DNA of 62,989 nt, filler included, from Octopus bimaculoides (lineage: Eukaryota), in NCBI RefSeq assembly GCF_001194135.2. It is 7 parts of 7 records of this genome, joined end to end, with 100 filler letters (N's around TTAATTAATTAA, not from the genome) between each part and the next. Parts side by side here need not be neighbours in the genome. Positions count along the whole stretch, not along the records: positions 1 to 3,828 come from NW_026356691.1; positions 3,929 to 11,447 come from NC_068985.1; positions 11,548 to 24,929 come from NC_068997.1; 4 more parts are not named here. One strand, given 5' to 3'. Position numbers and translations under genes: made by a program. Each line of letters starts with the position of its first letter. The first letter of the stretch is position 1. Positions 1-12,700 of this stretch are shown here, piece after piece. The notes beneath the pieces are model-generated. The model worked only from the letters and a program-made list of their open reading frames with translations, ran no database searches and was not told the origin of the DNA.

Positions 1-21
1 TATTATTATTATTATTATTAT

Positions 22-330
22 TGAGTGAGAGTGCAGCACATGCCATCAAAGTGAGGCTAGGGTATAAATATAGAAAACCCAATATACTTATCATGATTAC
101 CCGTCTGCTAAGGGTACACCAGGTACATGCATCACAACCATATGTGCACAACATGGTGATCTTATATCAAGATAAACAACACATGACCGTGTAGGTGGAG
201 CTCAGTTAGAGTTTTCTTGAGCTTGAGTAGCCCATCCTGCTCAAAAGATCCCTGAATAAGGGTTATTTAAGGATGATGAACAAAATACCCATGTTTCTAT
301 TACATTTCAATGAGCAAATCTTTATATAAT
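22..330 (-). mobile_element. Retroelement 3'-end repeat ending in a (TAA)n tail (copy 1)
   Basis: Reverse complement aligns over about 200 nt with 8860-9105 (shared blocks CCTTATTCAGGGA, GGATGGGCTACTC, GTTGTGATGCATGTACCTGGTGT). On the minus strand it ends CTCTCACTC-AATAATAAT. Confidence 0.6.
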
Positions 331-339
331 TGTGCTAGT

Positions 340-778
340 GGAGCGCTAACAGCACCATCCGAGCAAGATCACTGCCAGAGCAGCGGTCTGGTTTCCGTGC
401 CGGTGGCACGTGAAAAGACCATTTGAGCGTGATTGTTACCAGCGTCACGTTACTGTCACTTGTGCCAGTGGCATGTGAGCGAAACATTCGAGCAAGGTTG
501 TTACCAGCACCGCTGGACTGACTCCTGTGCAGGTGGCACATAGAAACACCATTTTGAGCGTGGTCGTTGCCAGCACCGCCACACTGGCCCTCATGTCGGT
601 GGCACATAAAAGCACCCACTATACTCTCAGAGTGATTGGCGTTTGGAAGGGCATCCAGCTGTAGAAACTCTGTCAGACAAGATTGGAGCCTAGTGCAGCC
701 ATCTGGTTTCATCAGTCCTCAGTCAAATCGTCCAACCCATGCTAGCATGGAAACGGACGTTAAACGATGATGATGATT
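340..778 (+). mobile_element. SINE-like repeat with about four internal ~70-nt subrepeats and a (TGA)n tail
   Basis: Repeated GTGGCAC..AAAAG/AAAC.ACCATTT(T)GAGCGTG..GTT.CCAGC units, then GAAGGGCATCCAGCTGTAGAAAC...CCAACCCATGCTAGCATGGAAACGGACGTTAAACGATGATGA. Related 3' ends at about 35435-35565 (+), 36270-36310 (-) and 37100-37170 (+). Confidence 0.6.
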
Positions 779-789
779 AATATACGCAC

Positions 790-1860
790 AACAGATTAGA
801 TTGTTGAAAAGAAAAATTCCTAACATTGGGCTACAACAAGTAACCTTAGATGCCAAGAACCCTCCTAAGTACCCTAGCTGTCCCTAATAACACTGTTTTC
901 TGCAGTGGTACTAAACTGGGTTTTATGCCTATTTCTTCTGTCCATCTGTTCAAATCTTTAGGGATAGTTTTTAATGCCCCTGTGACTACTAGGATACATT
1001 TTATCCCCACTTTCCATACTCTCTGTAATTCAATGGCTAGGTCCTGGTACTTTGCTATTTTTCCTGTACCTCTCATATTGATTTTTCCATCATTTGGGAC
1101 TGTAAAGTCAATTATCTTACACTTTCTATTCTCTTTATCTACCACTACTAAACCAAGCCTTCTAGCTTCCATTACTCTGTCAGTCTGAATGTTCAAGTCT
1201 CACAACATCTTATATCTCTTACTTCCTAGTACTTTACTAGGTTCATGTTCATACCATTTAGCAGTATGGGCAGATCCTAGCTTTCTACAGAACTTCCCGT
1301 GGATGATTATTCTCCCTATGTTGTCATGTCTTTTCTTGTATTCTTTCTGTGCCAGTATGCTACATTCACTTACTATATGAATAACACTTAGACCTCTTTT
1401 GATTTGCATAACCTCCATTGGAAATTTAAATGGTTTTTGTCTATCTTTGCTTTTATCCAATTAGTCCTTAATGCTTGATCTTGTGCTGCTTGTAACAAAA
1501 TTTCTGTCTCACTTTTCAGCCTTCATTTCTTCAACCATAATTATGTCTCACTATTATTATTTCTTGCAATTATCCTTGGGAGTCTACCATGCAAAGCCTT
1601 CTCTTGCCTGTCAAATAATCTTTCTTCTTTTTTCTGGTCTTTGACTTCATTTGACTTTTTGGTTTCCCTATGTTCTGCTGTGACTCTAGCGGCCCTTAAT
1701 AAACTCGCTTCACTATGACCTACATAAGAGACTATATCTACCCTAGCTAACTCCACACAGTCTTCTGCTCATATTAGCCATCTGCCACCTTCCTTTCTAA
1801 GTAAGTATAATCTTGCTACTCTGGCTCTTGGGGGAAGTCCTCCTTTCATATTGAACTCCT
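790..1860 (-). mobile_element. Degraded 3' fragment of an R4/Dong-type (restriction-like endonuclease) non-LTR retrotransposon
   Basis: Broken frames give ARLYLLRKEGGRWL (post-RT motif), ECSILAQKEYKKRHD...HGKFC...WYEHEP and IQTDRVMEARRLGLVVVDK...IIDFTVP...KIAKYQDL...LQKTVLLGTARVLRRVL (RLE domain; catalytic PD reads LG). Stops and frameshifts present. Confidence 0.85.
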
Positions 1861-2876
1861 TCCTAGTTCTTCAGTTGGATTTTGAAATTCATGTGTATAA
1901 ATGTGTATGGTATGGTGGGGGGGCACCCTAGCATTAGTAAATGTGAATACAAGTTAGTACATATGCACTTATTTGCACATTAGCACTTCAAAAATCTTCA
2001 AAAAGAAAATTAACAAATGAAGTGGAACCCACTGTGAAAAATGTATTTCTACGTGGTGGTCAATTTAGGATTGTGAGAAACATTTATAGTGATTCTTAGT
2101 AACAGATGTTAGTNNNNNNNNNNNNNNNNNNNNNNNNNNNNNNNNNNNNNNNNNNNNNNNNNNNNNNNNNNNNNNNNNNNNNNNNNNNNNNNNNNNNNNN
2201 NNNNNNNNNNNNNNNNNNNNNNNNNNNNNNNNNNNNNNNNNNNNNNNNNNNNNNNNNNNNNNNNNNNNNNNNNNNNNNNNNNNNNNNNNNNNNNNNNNNN
2301 NNNNNNNNNNNNNNNNNNNNNNNNNNNNNNNNNNNNNNNNNNNNNNNNNNNNNNNNNNNNNNNNNNNNNNNNNNNNNNNNNNNNNNNNNNNNNNNNNNNN
2401 NNNNNNNNNNNNNNNNNNNNNNNNNNNNNNNNNNNNNNNNNNNNNNNNNNNNNNNNNNNNNNNNNNNNNNNNNNNNNNNNNNNNNNNNNNNNNNNNNNNN
2501 NNNNNNNNNNNNNNNNNNNNNNNNNNNNNNNNNNNNNNNNNNNNNNNNNNNNNNNNNNNNNNNNNNNNNNNNNNNNNNNNNNNNNNNNNNNNNNNNNNNN
2601 NNNNNNNNNNNNNNNNNNNNNNNNNNNNNNNNNNNNNNNNNNNNNNNNNNNNNNNNNNNNNNNNNNNNNNNNNNNNNNNNNNNNNNNNNNNNNNNNGCAT
2701 ACTCACAGAAAAAACAATTCCTTAATTGGAAGAAAATAAAATATGATTTTCAGAAAATGAGTTTTCAACATGAAGGGAGGAAATTTCAAATGAAGAGAAA
2801 ACAAAACCTAAAGGATGGTATGTGCATACTTTTACTATAAAAATATTCTCGTTTATCATTTTGTTGTTCTTTTTTA

Positions 2877-3010
2877 TCTATTATAATAAAAGTGAAATTC
2901 TGTCTGTCCGTCTGGGACCTCTGTACTTCAGTCTACAATTGCTCAACATATAAATATTATTCCTTTTTGGAATCAGAATGATCTCAGGATTGAAAATCTG
3001 GCCTTTATTT
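2877..3010 (+). mobile_element. Helitron 5'-terminal fragment
   Basis: A|TCTATTATAATAAAAGTGAAATTCTGTCTGTCCGTCTG resembles the typical non-autonomous Helitron 5' end (TC start after A, TATAATAAAAG, TGTC repeats). No matching 3' hairpin-CTAG found nearby. Confidence 0.5.
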
Positions 3011-3509
3011 GGTTCTTGAACATCCAGCATTGAGATCAGATTTAAAAGCATTTGTGTTATTATTTCTAACAGGTAAAGCTGGGCTAATTCACACCACGTT
3101 GGTTGGCGTTTGTCAGATGATGTCAGAGATCAAAGGGGGAGATAAATGACATTCATTTTGTTAATTTTACGTTGAGATAAGAACTTTGGGACAAATTGGC
3201 CAACAGTTGGAATTCATCTTGGGACTGGAACACTAGAATGATTACATTACAGAATTAATTTTCATCCATCCTTAACCTCTGATCGAACACCACTGGGGCA
3301 TACTGTCATTATAGATGTAATATAATGATGCTATTTAACTCTCGTTAGTTTTGGTCAAGAGGCCCAATTAGCCTTCTGCAGGAGCAAGCTGAAAAGTCTG
3401 TATGGAGTGTGGTTTTTAACCTAGTTGGTAATAAATGTTGGTTGGTTGGTTGGTTGGTTTCTCCAGTCATGCTTTACATTGTATAGAGATGGGGAGAAAG
3501 AAGCTACTT

Positions 3510-3590
3510 GAAGAAGAAGAAGAAGAAGAAGAAGAAGAAGAAGAAGAAGAAGAAGAAGAAGAAGAAGAAGAAGAAGAAGAAGAAGAAGAA
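3510..3590 (+). repeat. (GAA)n microsatellite
   Basis: Pure GAA run, followed by degenerate GA-rich units (AGAGCTACAGAAATA...) to about 3780. Confidence 0.95.
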
Positions 3591-3828
3591 AGCTACAGAG
3601 ATAAAGAAAGAAAATAGTTACAAAGAGAGAGAGGGGAAGAGAATAGAGCTACAAAAATAGAGGGGGAGAGAAGAGAGCTGCAGAAGTAGAGGAGGAGAAG
3701 AGTGTTACGATGATAGTGGGGGAGGTGAGAGCTACAGAAATAAAGGAGGAGGAGAAGAGAGCTGCAGAAATATAAACAATAAGCTTCCTAAATTCATGCT
3801 ACGTTATATTCTAATCACCCAGAATTCA

Positions 3829-3928
3829 NNNNNNNNNNNNNNNNNNNNNNNNNNNNNNNNNNNNNNNNNNNNTTAATTAATTAANNNNNNNNNNNNNNNN
3901 NNNNNNNNNNNNNNNNNNNNNNNNNNNN
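3829..3928. other. Artificial scaffolding spacer N44-TTAATTAATTAA-N44
   Basis: The identical 12-mer (stops in all six frames) sits inside N runs at 3873-3884, 11492-11503, 24974-24985, 48528-48539, 54118-54129 and 61531-61542. Confidence 0.95.
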
Positions 3929-3962
<34 letters not shown>

Positions 3963-5449
3963 CATATACATACAAACACATACACATATGTATGAGCGTT
4001 AGGCAGATCTGGTACTCTCCATAACAAGATTAAGAGTCCTAGTAATCGAGTAACTGTACAGATCAACCTATCTTGTAACTGTCACAGAATTACAAAAATA
4101 ATGAAACTAAGAACAATCTTTTCATTGGCTAGATGAACATTCGACACAACAGATAAACACTATAATAATTTATTTGGGGTTTGGAAGATACAAATTAGAA
4201 TGTGTATTGGGAATGTTGAGTCCAAATTTAAGTTTCTTCGTTTGAAGAGAAGCATCAGAATCAAATACACTGTAAGCCTATTCGTAATAGCGATTGCAAA
4301 ACTAACACCTTTATTCGGACATTAACTCTTCAAAGAAAACAAATAATTAAGAAGAACAAATATACGAACTGTGAGTCATAGAAAACAGTAAGAAAACGAG
4401 TGGAGAGTTACAGTGTAGAAGAGAATAGAATTCATGCAGGATAGAAGAAACAGGTGCCACAGGAGGATAGAGCAACTGAGAAAATGAAGAGAGAAGGGAA
4501 GAGAGAGCAGCAGAANNNNNNNNNNGAAGAGAGAAGGGAAGAGAGAGCAGTAGAAATATGTCAAGGGAAACGAAAAAAAAAAAAAAAGGGTCAGAACAAC
4601 AGGAAGATGGCTGTGCTTCAAATTTTGTAATAGAGCTGTGTTAATGGAAATATTTGCATCGCTTTACAATCTAAATATCAGATGTTAACTCAGAGAAAAA
4701 TAGAATAAGACAAGGGAAACATCAGTGGACATGCATGCGCACGCGTGCGCTCACTCGCGCACAAATAGATAGATACACAGCTAGATAGGTAAATAGATAA
4801 TAGAATTATCATTTATGTATTTACTTAGCAAGACTCTTGATGTGAAATTGTCCGTTGAAACAGCTATTATTGGGTCCTGGGTGAGTCATTATGAGAATAA
4901 GAAATGCATGCACTCGTTCTATTTCATTTTTTAAAATCATTTTTAGCCAAAAATTAAATATCAGTCGTAACATCTAATCGATTGATTTATTATTCGTTCG
5001 GTCATTCAATCAATGGCTGTGAAAGAGAACGGACAAGCTTCGCTGATTAACTGCTGGACCGAATGATTAATCAAATAATCGATTATTTAATCTCTCAAAT
5101 ATTTGATTAGTTGACTGAAGTGAAATAGAATGAGTGCGTGTGTTTCATATTATCATAATGATCCCTCCCCACGGATATGTATCATATATGTCTGTATGTT
5201 TTAAAGAGAGAGAGAGGGCAGGAGAGAGATAAAAGAGAGAGACAGAGAGTGCATATGCATGTGTGTGTATTAAGACAATTTCTGAGTTATTGACTAGTCT
5301 TCGGCAATTCCTGCAGCGTTAATCTCACGAGTGCTGTCTCTAACAAGCGAATAAAATACAGAGTACCGTTCAAAAATAGTGGACTTACGGAAAATGTAGG
5401 GTACGAAGTAAAAGAACTAGAACCAAAAGCGTAGGAATAAAGATAAATG

Positions 5450-5800
5450 GGAATATTGTAGAGCAAATCGAGTAAACTACTCTAGTAAGTAGTAGGAACG
5501 CTTATAGCTAATGTATTCAATAATTCCTTGTTGAATACATTTCTAATTTTAACCGCGATTTAGATATATTAAGATATTCAATAGAAAATGATATAGTTCT
5601 TCAGAGTGTAAGCAAATCGTTACACTAGAGATTATAAGTGGTATGATTGTATGAAATATATCGACAAACATCTATTCAACAAAAGAAATGCGACTCTAAA
5701 ACTCCTGAAAATTGCCAAATATATGACAATTGTTTCTCCAAGTCTGTTATATAAATCTGTATAGTCTGATTCTAAATGCAACGATTATTAATAATAACAA
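5450..5800 (+). mobile_element. Penelope-like element relic (RT-endonuclease linker and start of GIY-YIG region)
   Basis: KIFNR at 5571-5585 and KKCDSKTPENCQIYDNCFSKSVI* at 5683-5754 resemble the PLE motifs KIFNRNTVK and CNCRxxxxCPLxGxCLxxSVIYKA. Heavily mutated. Confidence 0.55.
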
Positions 5801-5983
5801 TAAAAAAACATCTGAAGCTACTCACATGCTTTGTATTACTACGAAGAGCCAAGAAATGATTTTAAAAATCTGAAGTCGAATCCGACGATTTTATGATATA
5901 TCGTTCCTATAACTATGGAAACAGAAAATATATTCAGATAAGCGGTCCTCAGTATGGGGATTTTGAGCCACTCAGTTAATAAA

Positions 5984-6507
5984 ATTCATTAAGGCTTACT
6001 CTATAGTTAGCGCTTTAATATATTGAATCTTGGCGAATCAACAAGTACACACACACATGAATATATATCTGGTCTTCGAAACGTCTAGATAGAATAGAGA
6101 CAGCTGATGAAGGGATATTCCAAGGTGCTTTCCGTTTTCCTATGTGTTCGTTCCGTTGTCTGTAGTTTATTGTTCTAACGTCCTGTACTCTGATATGCAT
6201 GTATATACACATGTAGATGTAAGTATGTACATATATGTGTGTATNNNNNNNNNNNNNNNNNNNNNNNNNNNNNNNNNNNNNNNNNNNNNNNNNNNNNNNN
6301 NNNNNNNNNNNNNNNNNNNNNNNNNNNNNNNNNNNNNNNNNNNNNNNNNNNNNNNNNNNNNNNNNNNNNNNNNNNNNNNNNNNNNNNNNNNNNNNNNNNN
6401 NNNNNTATATATATATATATATATATATATTCATGTGTGTGTGTACTTGTTGATTCGCCAAGATTCAATATATTAAAGCGCTAACTATAGAGTAAGCCTT
6501 AATGAAT
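5984..6507. repeat. 85-bp perfect inverted repeat (5984-6068 / 6423-6507) spanning a gap
   Basis: ATTCATTAAGGCTTACTCTATAGTTAGCGC...CACATGAATATATAT is the exact reverse complement of 6423-6507. Confidence 0.9.
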
Positions 6508-6667
6508 AGATACATTATAAACATAGATACATTATAAATATATATCTATCCATACATATATATTAGTGTGTGTGTATGTGTGTGTATACACGTCCATACA
6601 TATACTTACATACATACACGCATACATGTATATACTTACACACATGCATACAAACACACACACACAT

Positions 6668-6706
<39 letters not shown>

Positions 6707-7931
6707 ATGTTCTCCGTACTTATGGTCCTGCTGTGCTACATTAATGTCTACTAAGAAACATTAACTTTTATAGAAAGGAATAATAAATTTGAGACGGAAA
6801 TCTTTACGTAAACTTCAAAAATACATTCAGTTTTCTACAAAGAAGAAATCTAATACGTTTGTGTTTGCAATATTTTCTTTACTTTTCCCTTTTTTCTTTT
6901 TACTATTCACTTTTCATTGAAGCGAGTTAAGTTCAGATCGATAACAATATTTGATTTCTTCAAATATATTTTAGGAATAAAAATACATAAATTTACAAAA
7001 TAAACAAAATAGGAAAAATCGAAAGAAACAATAAAAGACGCAAAAGAAGATGAATCTACACAAAAAAAATAACAACCAACGAAAGAAGCCATCGAACGTC
7101 TTTAAAAAAATGTATATTGATCTTTGTCAGTGACATAATTATATTTTCTATTAATATACGTAAGCGGTATAAACTAATGCTTTCGAGATGTGTTTTAAAT
7201 GTATTAAATTAAGTTATAGATGTGATATTGAAAGGCAAACGACATGTCTTCACAATGCTCAGACTAGGTTATGGATTTAATTATTTTTCTGCTCAGATTA
7301 GTTTCGTAGTTTCAAAGATAGTGTAATAAAAGTAAGTTATTGTGTCAACCTCAGAAATTAAGTGAAATTCTCATTTTTGTCTATTTATTAATTCATTTTC
7401 TTTTTAGATATATTCATGTAGACACATTTATTCCTACTATTTTGCAATTTGACAACATTTGAATAGCATTCATTTGGTAGCTATAGAATCACTAATGAAA
7501 ATGATAGAATATTTACGTTTTCAAATGATCTGAGAACAGGGATTGTTGACAGAAATTCAATAGGAAGTTTTACAGTTAATCTAAGTGTTTGCTAAGGACA
7601 TTAGTAAAATATGTTCCGAGGAAAAATTTCTTAAGTGAATAACAACAAAGGCTATATAACTTCACAGTTGAGACAGTTTCAATTACTTATTGCTAGATAT
7701 ATGTAAATGTAGAGAAAAAAGTAATGTTTCACGAAAAGTATGAGAAAATGGGAGGTTGTGACATTCTTCTCAATTCGATTGGAGGCAAAGTGTACTACAA
7801 TTTGGCGACAGTTTCAAAAAGGGTCTTTCAAGAGCTTAACCTATTCTTTCAAAACGTTAATCGATTTGACGAATATGATGATAATCAAGATTAGGATAAT
7901 AATCATGCTGATTCTGCTATTGCTAATGATA

Positions 7932-8642
<711 letters not shown>

Positions 8643-8859
8643 CATTAGTAGTAATGTTAAATGCCTTGATGCAGTACTGATTAGAAATGACATCACGCAC
8701 GTGTTTTGTCTTGAAATAAAAGATAGGCTCCAATAAATAATCTGCTGGATATCACAAATTTGCTTGTCAGTTGTCTGAGCGTAACAAACTGAACATTTCC
8801 CATGTTGGCTGACAATGTGCATCTCCGATCATGAGCAGGAGTAGTGAGGATGCATCATA

Positions 8860-9105
8860 GCCACGTATTGAAATGAAATTTTGGGAGTTTGAATAGGTTA
8901 CCACGGGAAACATAAGCGTGTCGTTCGTCATTCTAAACGAACCTTATTCAGGGAGTGTTTGAGTGGGATGGGCTACTCCACATGGAGAAAATTCTAAGTG
9001 GACCCCACCTGCAAGGTCATGTGCTGCTTATCTTGATACAATGTCACCATGTCATGCACATGTAGTTGTGATGCATGTACCTGGTGTTTCCCTATCACAC
9101 GAGTT
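8860..9105 (+). mobile_element. Retroelement 3'-end repeat (copy 2 of the 22-330 family)
   Basis: Inverse match to 22-330; runs into GAT/AAT triplet repeats at about 9107. Confidence 0.55.
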
Positions 9106-10089
9106 CTGATGATGATAATAATAACAAAAACAAAAATATCAACAACAATAATAATGTTGATGATGACGATGATGATGATGATGATGATGATGATGATAAT
9201 AATAATAACAGCAACAATAATAATGATAATGTTTTCAAATTTTGGCCCATGTCCAATAGTTTTTGAAAGGATTGACAAGTTGTTTACACCGACCCGAATA
9301 CTTGACTGGTACTTATTTTATCGACTGAAAATGATGAAAGCCAACGTCGACATTGGAGGAATTTGAATTCAGAACTTAAAGTCAGGAGAAATGTTACGGT
9401 GCATTTTATCTGGCCTGAATAGCTACAACTAATTCAGACACAATATCAGTAATTGTGAGGAGTCTGGGAGCATCTTTCCAATTCTCCCAGCGAGTAGATT
9501 CTCACTTAAAATTTGGCGATTCAGAACGAATACAATGTCTCAATTTAATGCAGGAATATCAAAGCGGCAATATCTAGTCTTGTTGGCCGTATGAATTTCA
9601 ATACGTGATTAGAAATAGCATGAAATTAGTAATTGGTGACACTGACATGGTCAGAAGAACACTAGCAATGGATAAAACATTTGGGAGAAGAAAAAAATAG
9701 TTCATTATTAAACATGCAGTATACATATTAGATATGTACTTAAAAAATATATTCGGTACATAATAAATTTATTCACACTTTGCCGTGAAGCTTTCATTGA
9801 TCATTTACCTTTGCACTATAAAAATAATACGAGGTTGCTGTCAGCAAAGCTAACCTTGAACTCTGCAACTGCTTCTTGGTAGACATGTATATGGAACCGG
9901 AGAGTAACTTTTTCGCATCAGCCTGTAAACACAAATCAATACATTTCAAGGATCGAACGATAACATGATAAAAGTTGAAGATTGCTAGATTATAAATACT
10001 TCATTCAATTGTGTGCAGTTATTTATAAATGTGAAATATACACGTAAGATATACGTGTGCGTATATATTAGTGTGCATATTTATAGCTG

Positions 10090-10300
10090 TATGTATATAT
10101 ATATATATATATGGGAGAGTATACGAAAAAACAACAACAGACGAGGACAGATGGTGTAAATAACAGATGGATGTATTAGTATGACGCTCGGGAATACGGA
10201 AAGTCTTTGACGTTTCGAGCTACGCTCTTCAACAGAAAGAATACGGAGACAAGGAGAAAAACACGGAGAAAAAAAATTGAATAGTGTCCAGTCAACGGTC
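10090..10300 (-). mobile_element. Penelope-type terminal-repeat fragment carrying a hammerhead motif
   Basis: Contains the hammerhead at 10204-10240, flanked by a TCCGTATTC direct repeat and bordered by (AT)n and (CA)n. Minimal hammerheads of this form are a known hallmark of PLE terminal repeats. Confidence 0.55.
10204..10240 (-). ncRNA. Minimal type I hammerhead ribozyme candidate, variant core
   Basis: Minus strand reads UCUUU-CUGUUGA-A-GAGC-GUA-GCUC-GAAAC-GU-C-AAAGA. Stem I UCUUU/AAAGA, stem II GAGC/GCUC, palindromic ACGU stem III, GUC cleavage triplet. Confidence 0.7.
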
Positions 10301-10303
10301 AAT

Positions 10304-10360
<57 letters not shown>

Positions 10361-11392
10361 GTCTATATACATATAAATATGTAGAAATATATAAACATAT
10401 ATACATGCATATATATAGAAACACACACACATATACACATTTAGATAGTTAATTGAGATTCGGATAAAAATTTGTAGAATGATAAGCAAACTTCGTCCAT
10501 AATAATTGGTTACCTGATGTCATACTGTGGAAATGTTCCAGATGTCTTCATACAATGGAAATATATAAATAATTCCGTAATTTTCGTAGCGTTTAATTAG
10601 GTAAACGAAAGAAAATAGAATTAGCGGCATTATTAAATTTAAATCGCCGCCATTGTTTTGTCACATTCTTACACTTTTAGTTCAATATGCATTAACTATA
10701 GCCTCATATATACGCGATGTAAAATGCAGCTCCTCATGTGGTCGTTTAAATAGTTATTCGTTAGATTCTCACGCCATTTCACTGAGTGTGATAATACACA
10801 CCCAAAGTGATGTGTCTTTCCCAGCAGTTTACAGACAAGACTAAATCCTCAGATATACTGGCAGGCAAAATATAATGACAATCACAATAAAAATACATAA
10901 ATAAAAGAAACAAAGTAAAGAAAAGGGTCAAATAACTATAAATTACAATTCTAAATTAATTGTCACAGTATAAGGGAAAACGTTCTAAACAGACTAAAGA
11001 ATAAAATGGCAAAAACGTAAAGCATTTAGAGAAAACAGATAGGGAGGTTTATAGTAAACCAGACCATTTTTTTCTTTTGTCTATTCTTTTATCTATGCAT
11101 TTTTTATTCTGATTGTAACTGTATTTTGTCTATCACTATATATATGGGTTTAGTTGTGCGTGTAAACTACTGAGAATGAAACATCTCTTTGTGTATGCAT
11201 TACGACACTAAGGGAAATGGACACATAAACTAACGAAAGAGTTATTTAAACAATCACCTAAGGAGACGCATTTTACACCTTTGATGTAAGATAATGATTG
11301 CACAATATCTTAGCTATGAACAAAAGATGTAAGAATATGAAGAAATAATCTTAGTGAATTTAATTCCATTCGCTCCCCCCTCTCTCTCTCAG

Positions 11393-11447
<55 letters not shown>

Positions 11448-11771
11448 NNNNNNNNNNNNNNNNNNNNNNNNNNNNNNNNNNNNNNNNNNNNTTAATTAAT
11501 TAANNNNNNNNNNNNNNNNNNNNNNNNNNNNNNNNNNNNNNNNNNNNTATTTATATTATTATAATATATATATATATATATATATAGGGTATATGTGTAT
11601 ATATAGATATGTATATATATATATTATATATAGTGTATATGTATATGTTTGTGTGTGTATATATAGATATGTATATATATATAGTGTATATGTATATGTT
11701 TGTGTGTGTGTATATATAGATATGTATATATATATGTGGTGTATATGTATGTGTGTGTATATATAGATATG

Positions 11772-11809
<38 letters not shown>

Positions 11810-11879
11810 TATATATGATGTAATTTCAAACTTGTTTACTTTTGGTCTTACGTTGCTAATTCTTATATAAACACGTCAG

Positions 11880-11915
<36 letters not shown>

Positions 11916-12416
11916 GTTAGACACAGAAGCCATATATGTTAAAGTGGTGTAGAATGCAGGGGGTCGGGTGTATAAAGCCAATTGCTCTTAAGAAGAAGGG
12001 TTTAAAAATTTGTGTTGTTGAACAACATCAGTTAATTGTTAATTGACTGAAAGATAAGGAAGAGAACGGAACACCACCACCAATAACAATAATAATAATA
12101 ATAGCATCAGCACCACTGCCATCAATAATAATTGCCATTATTACCAGCACCACAACGAAGAAGAACAACAATAATCACTCCTGCTACACTATCGCCACCC
12201 ATCACTACCAACGATAATACTCATCACTGCCAAGAACAACATCACTAACACGAACATTATTAACAATAATATCACCAACAACAGCTACTATAATCTTCAC
12301 TGCAACATCACCACCAGCACCACCTTAATACTAACATCATTAAGAGTAACACCACCACCACCAGCAACACTATACGCCACCATCACCTCCAGGAACAACG
12401 ATAACAATAACGTATT

Positions 12417-12538
12417 ACTATCACCGCAACTAGTACCACCACTACTATCACCGCAACTAGTATCACCACTACTATCACCGCAACTAGTATCACCACTACT
12501 ATCACCGCAACTAGTATCACCACTACTATCACTGCAAC
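12417..12538 (+). repeat. 27-bp minisatellite, about 4.5 copies
   Basis: Unit ACTATCACCGCAACTAGTATCACCACT; the first copy has one substitution. Confidence 0.9.
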
Positions 12539-12544
12539 AGTTTT

Positions 12545-12700
12545 TTGGTACAAGGCTAGCAGTTTTCCAGGGGAGGGTGAAGTCAATGACATGGACCTCA
12601 GTCTGCAGCTGGTACTTGTTTTATCGACTCCTGAAAGGATGAAAGGCAATGTAGACCTCATTGGAATTCGAACCCAGGACGTAAAGACGGACGAAATGCT
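12545..12700 (-). mobile_element. SINE family A partial copy
   Basis: Reverse match to TTCTGAGTTCAAATTCC...CTTTCATCCTTTCGGGGTCGATAAAATAAGTACCAG. A further minus copy lies at about 9280-9420. Confidence 0.6.

Noticed and set aside
2065-2840. Long ORFs full of X or low-complexity residues throughout the ORF track
   Set aside because: Produced by N gaps and microsatellites.
3873-3884. Recurring TTAATTAATTAA motif inside N runs (six times)
   Set aside because: Artificial six-frame-stop linker in 100-nt scaffold spacers, not biology.
10509-10660. YY1-like GCCGCCATTG and a minus-strand CAG|GTAACC donor
   Set aside because: No downstream exons or ORF could be linked; insufficient support for a gene.
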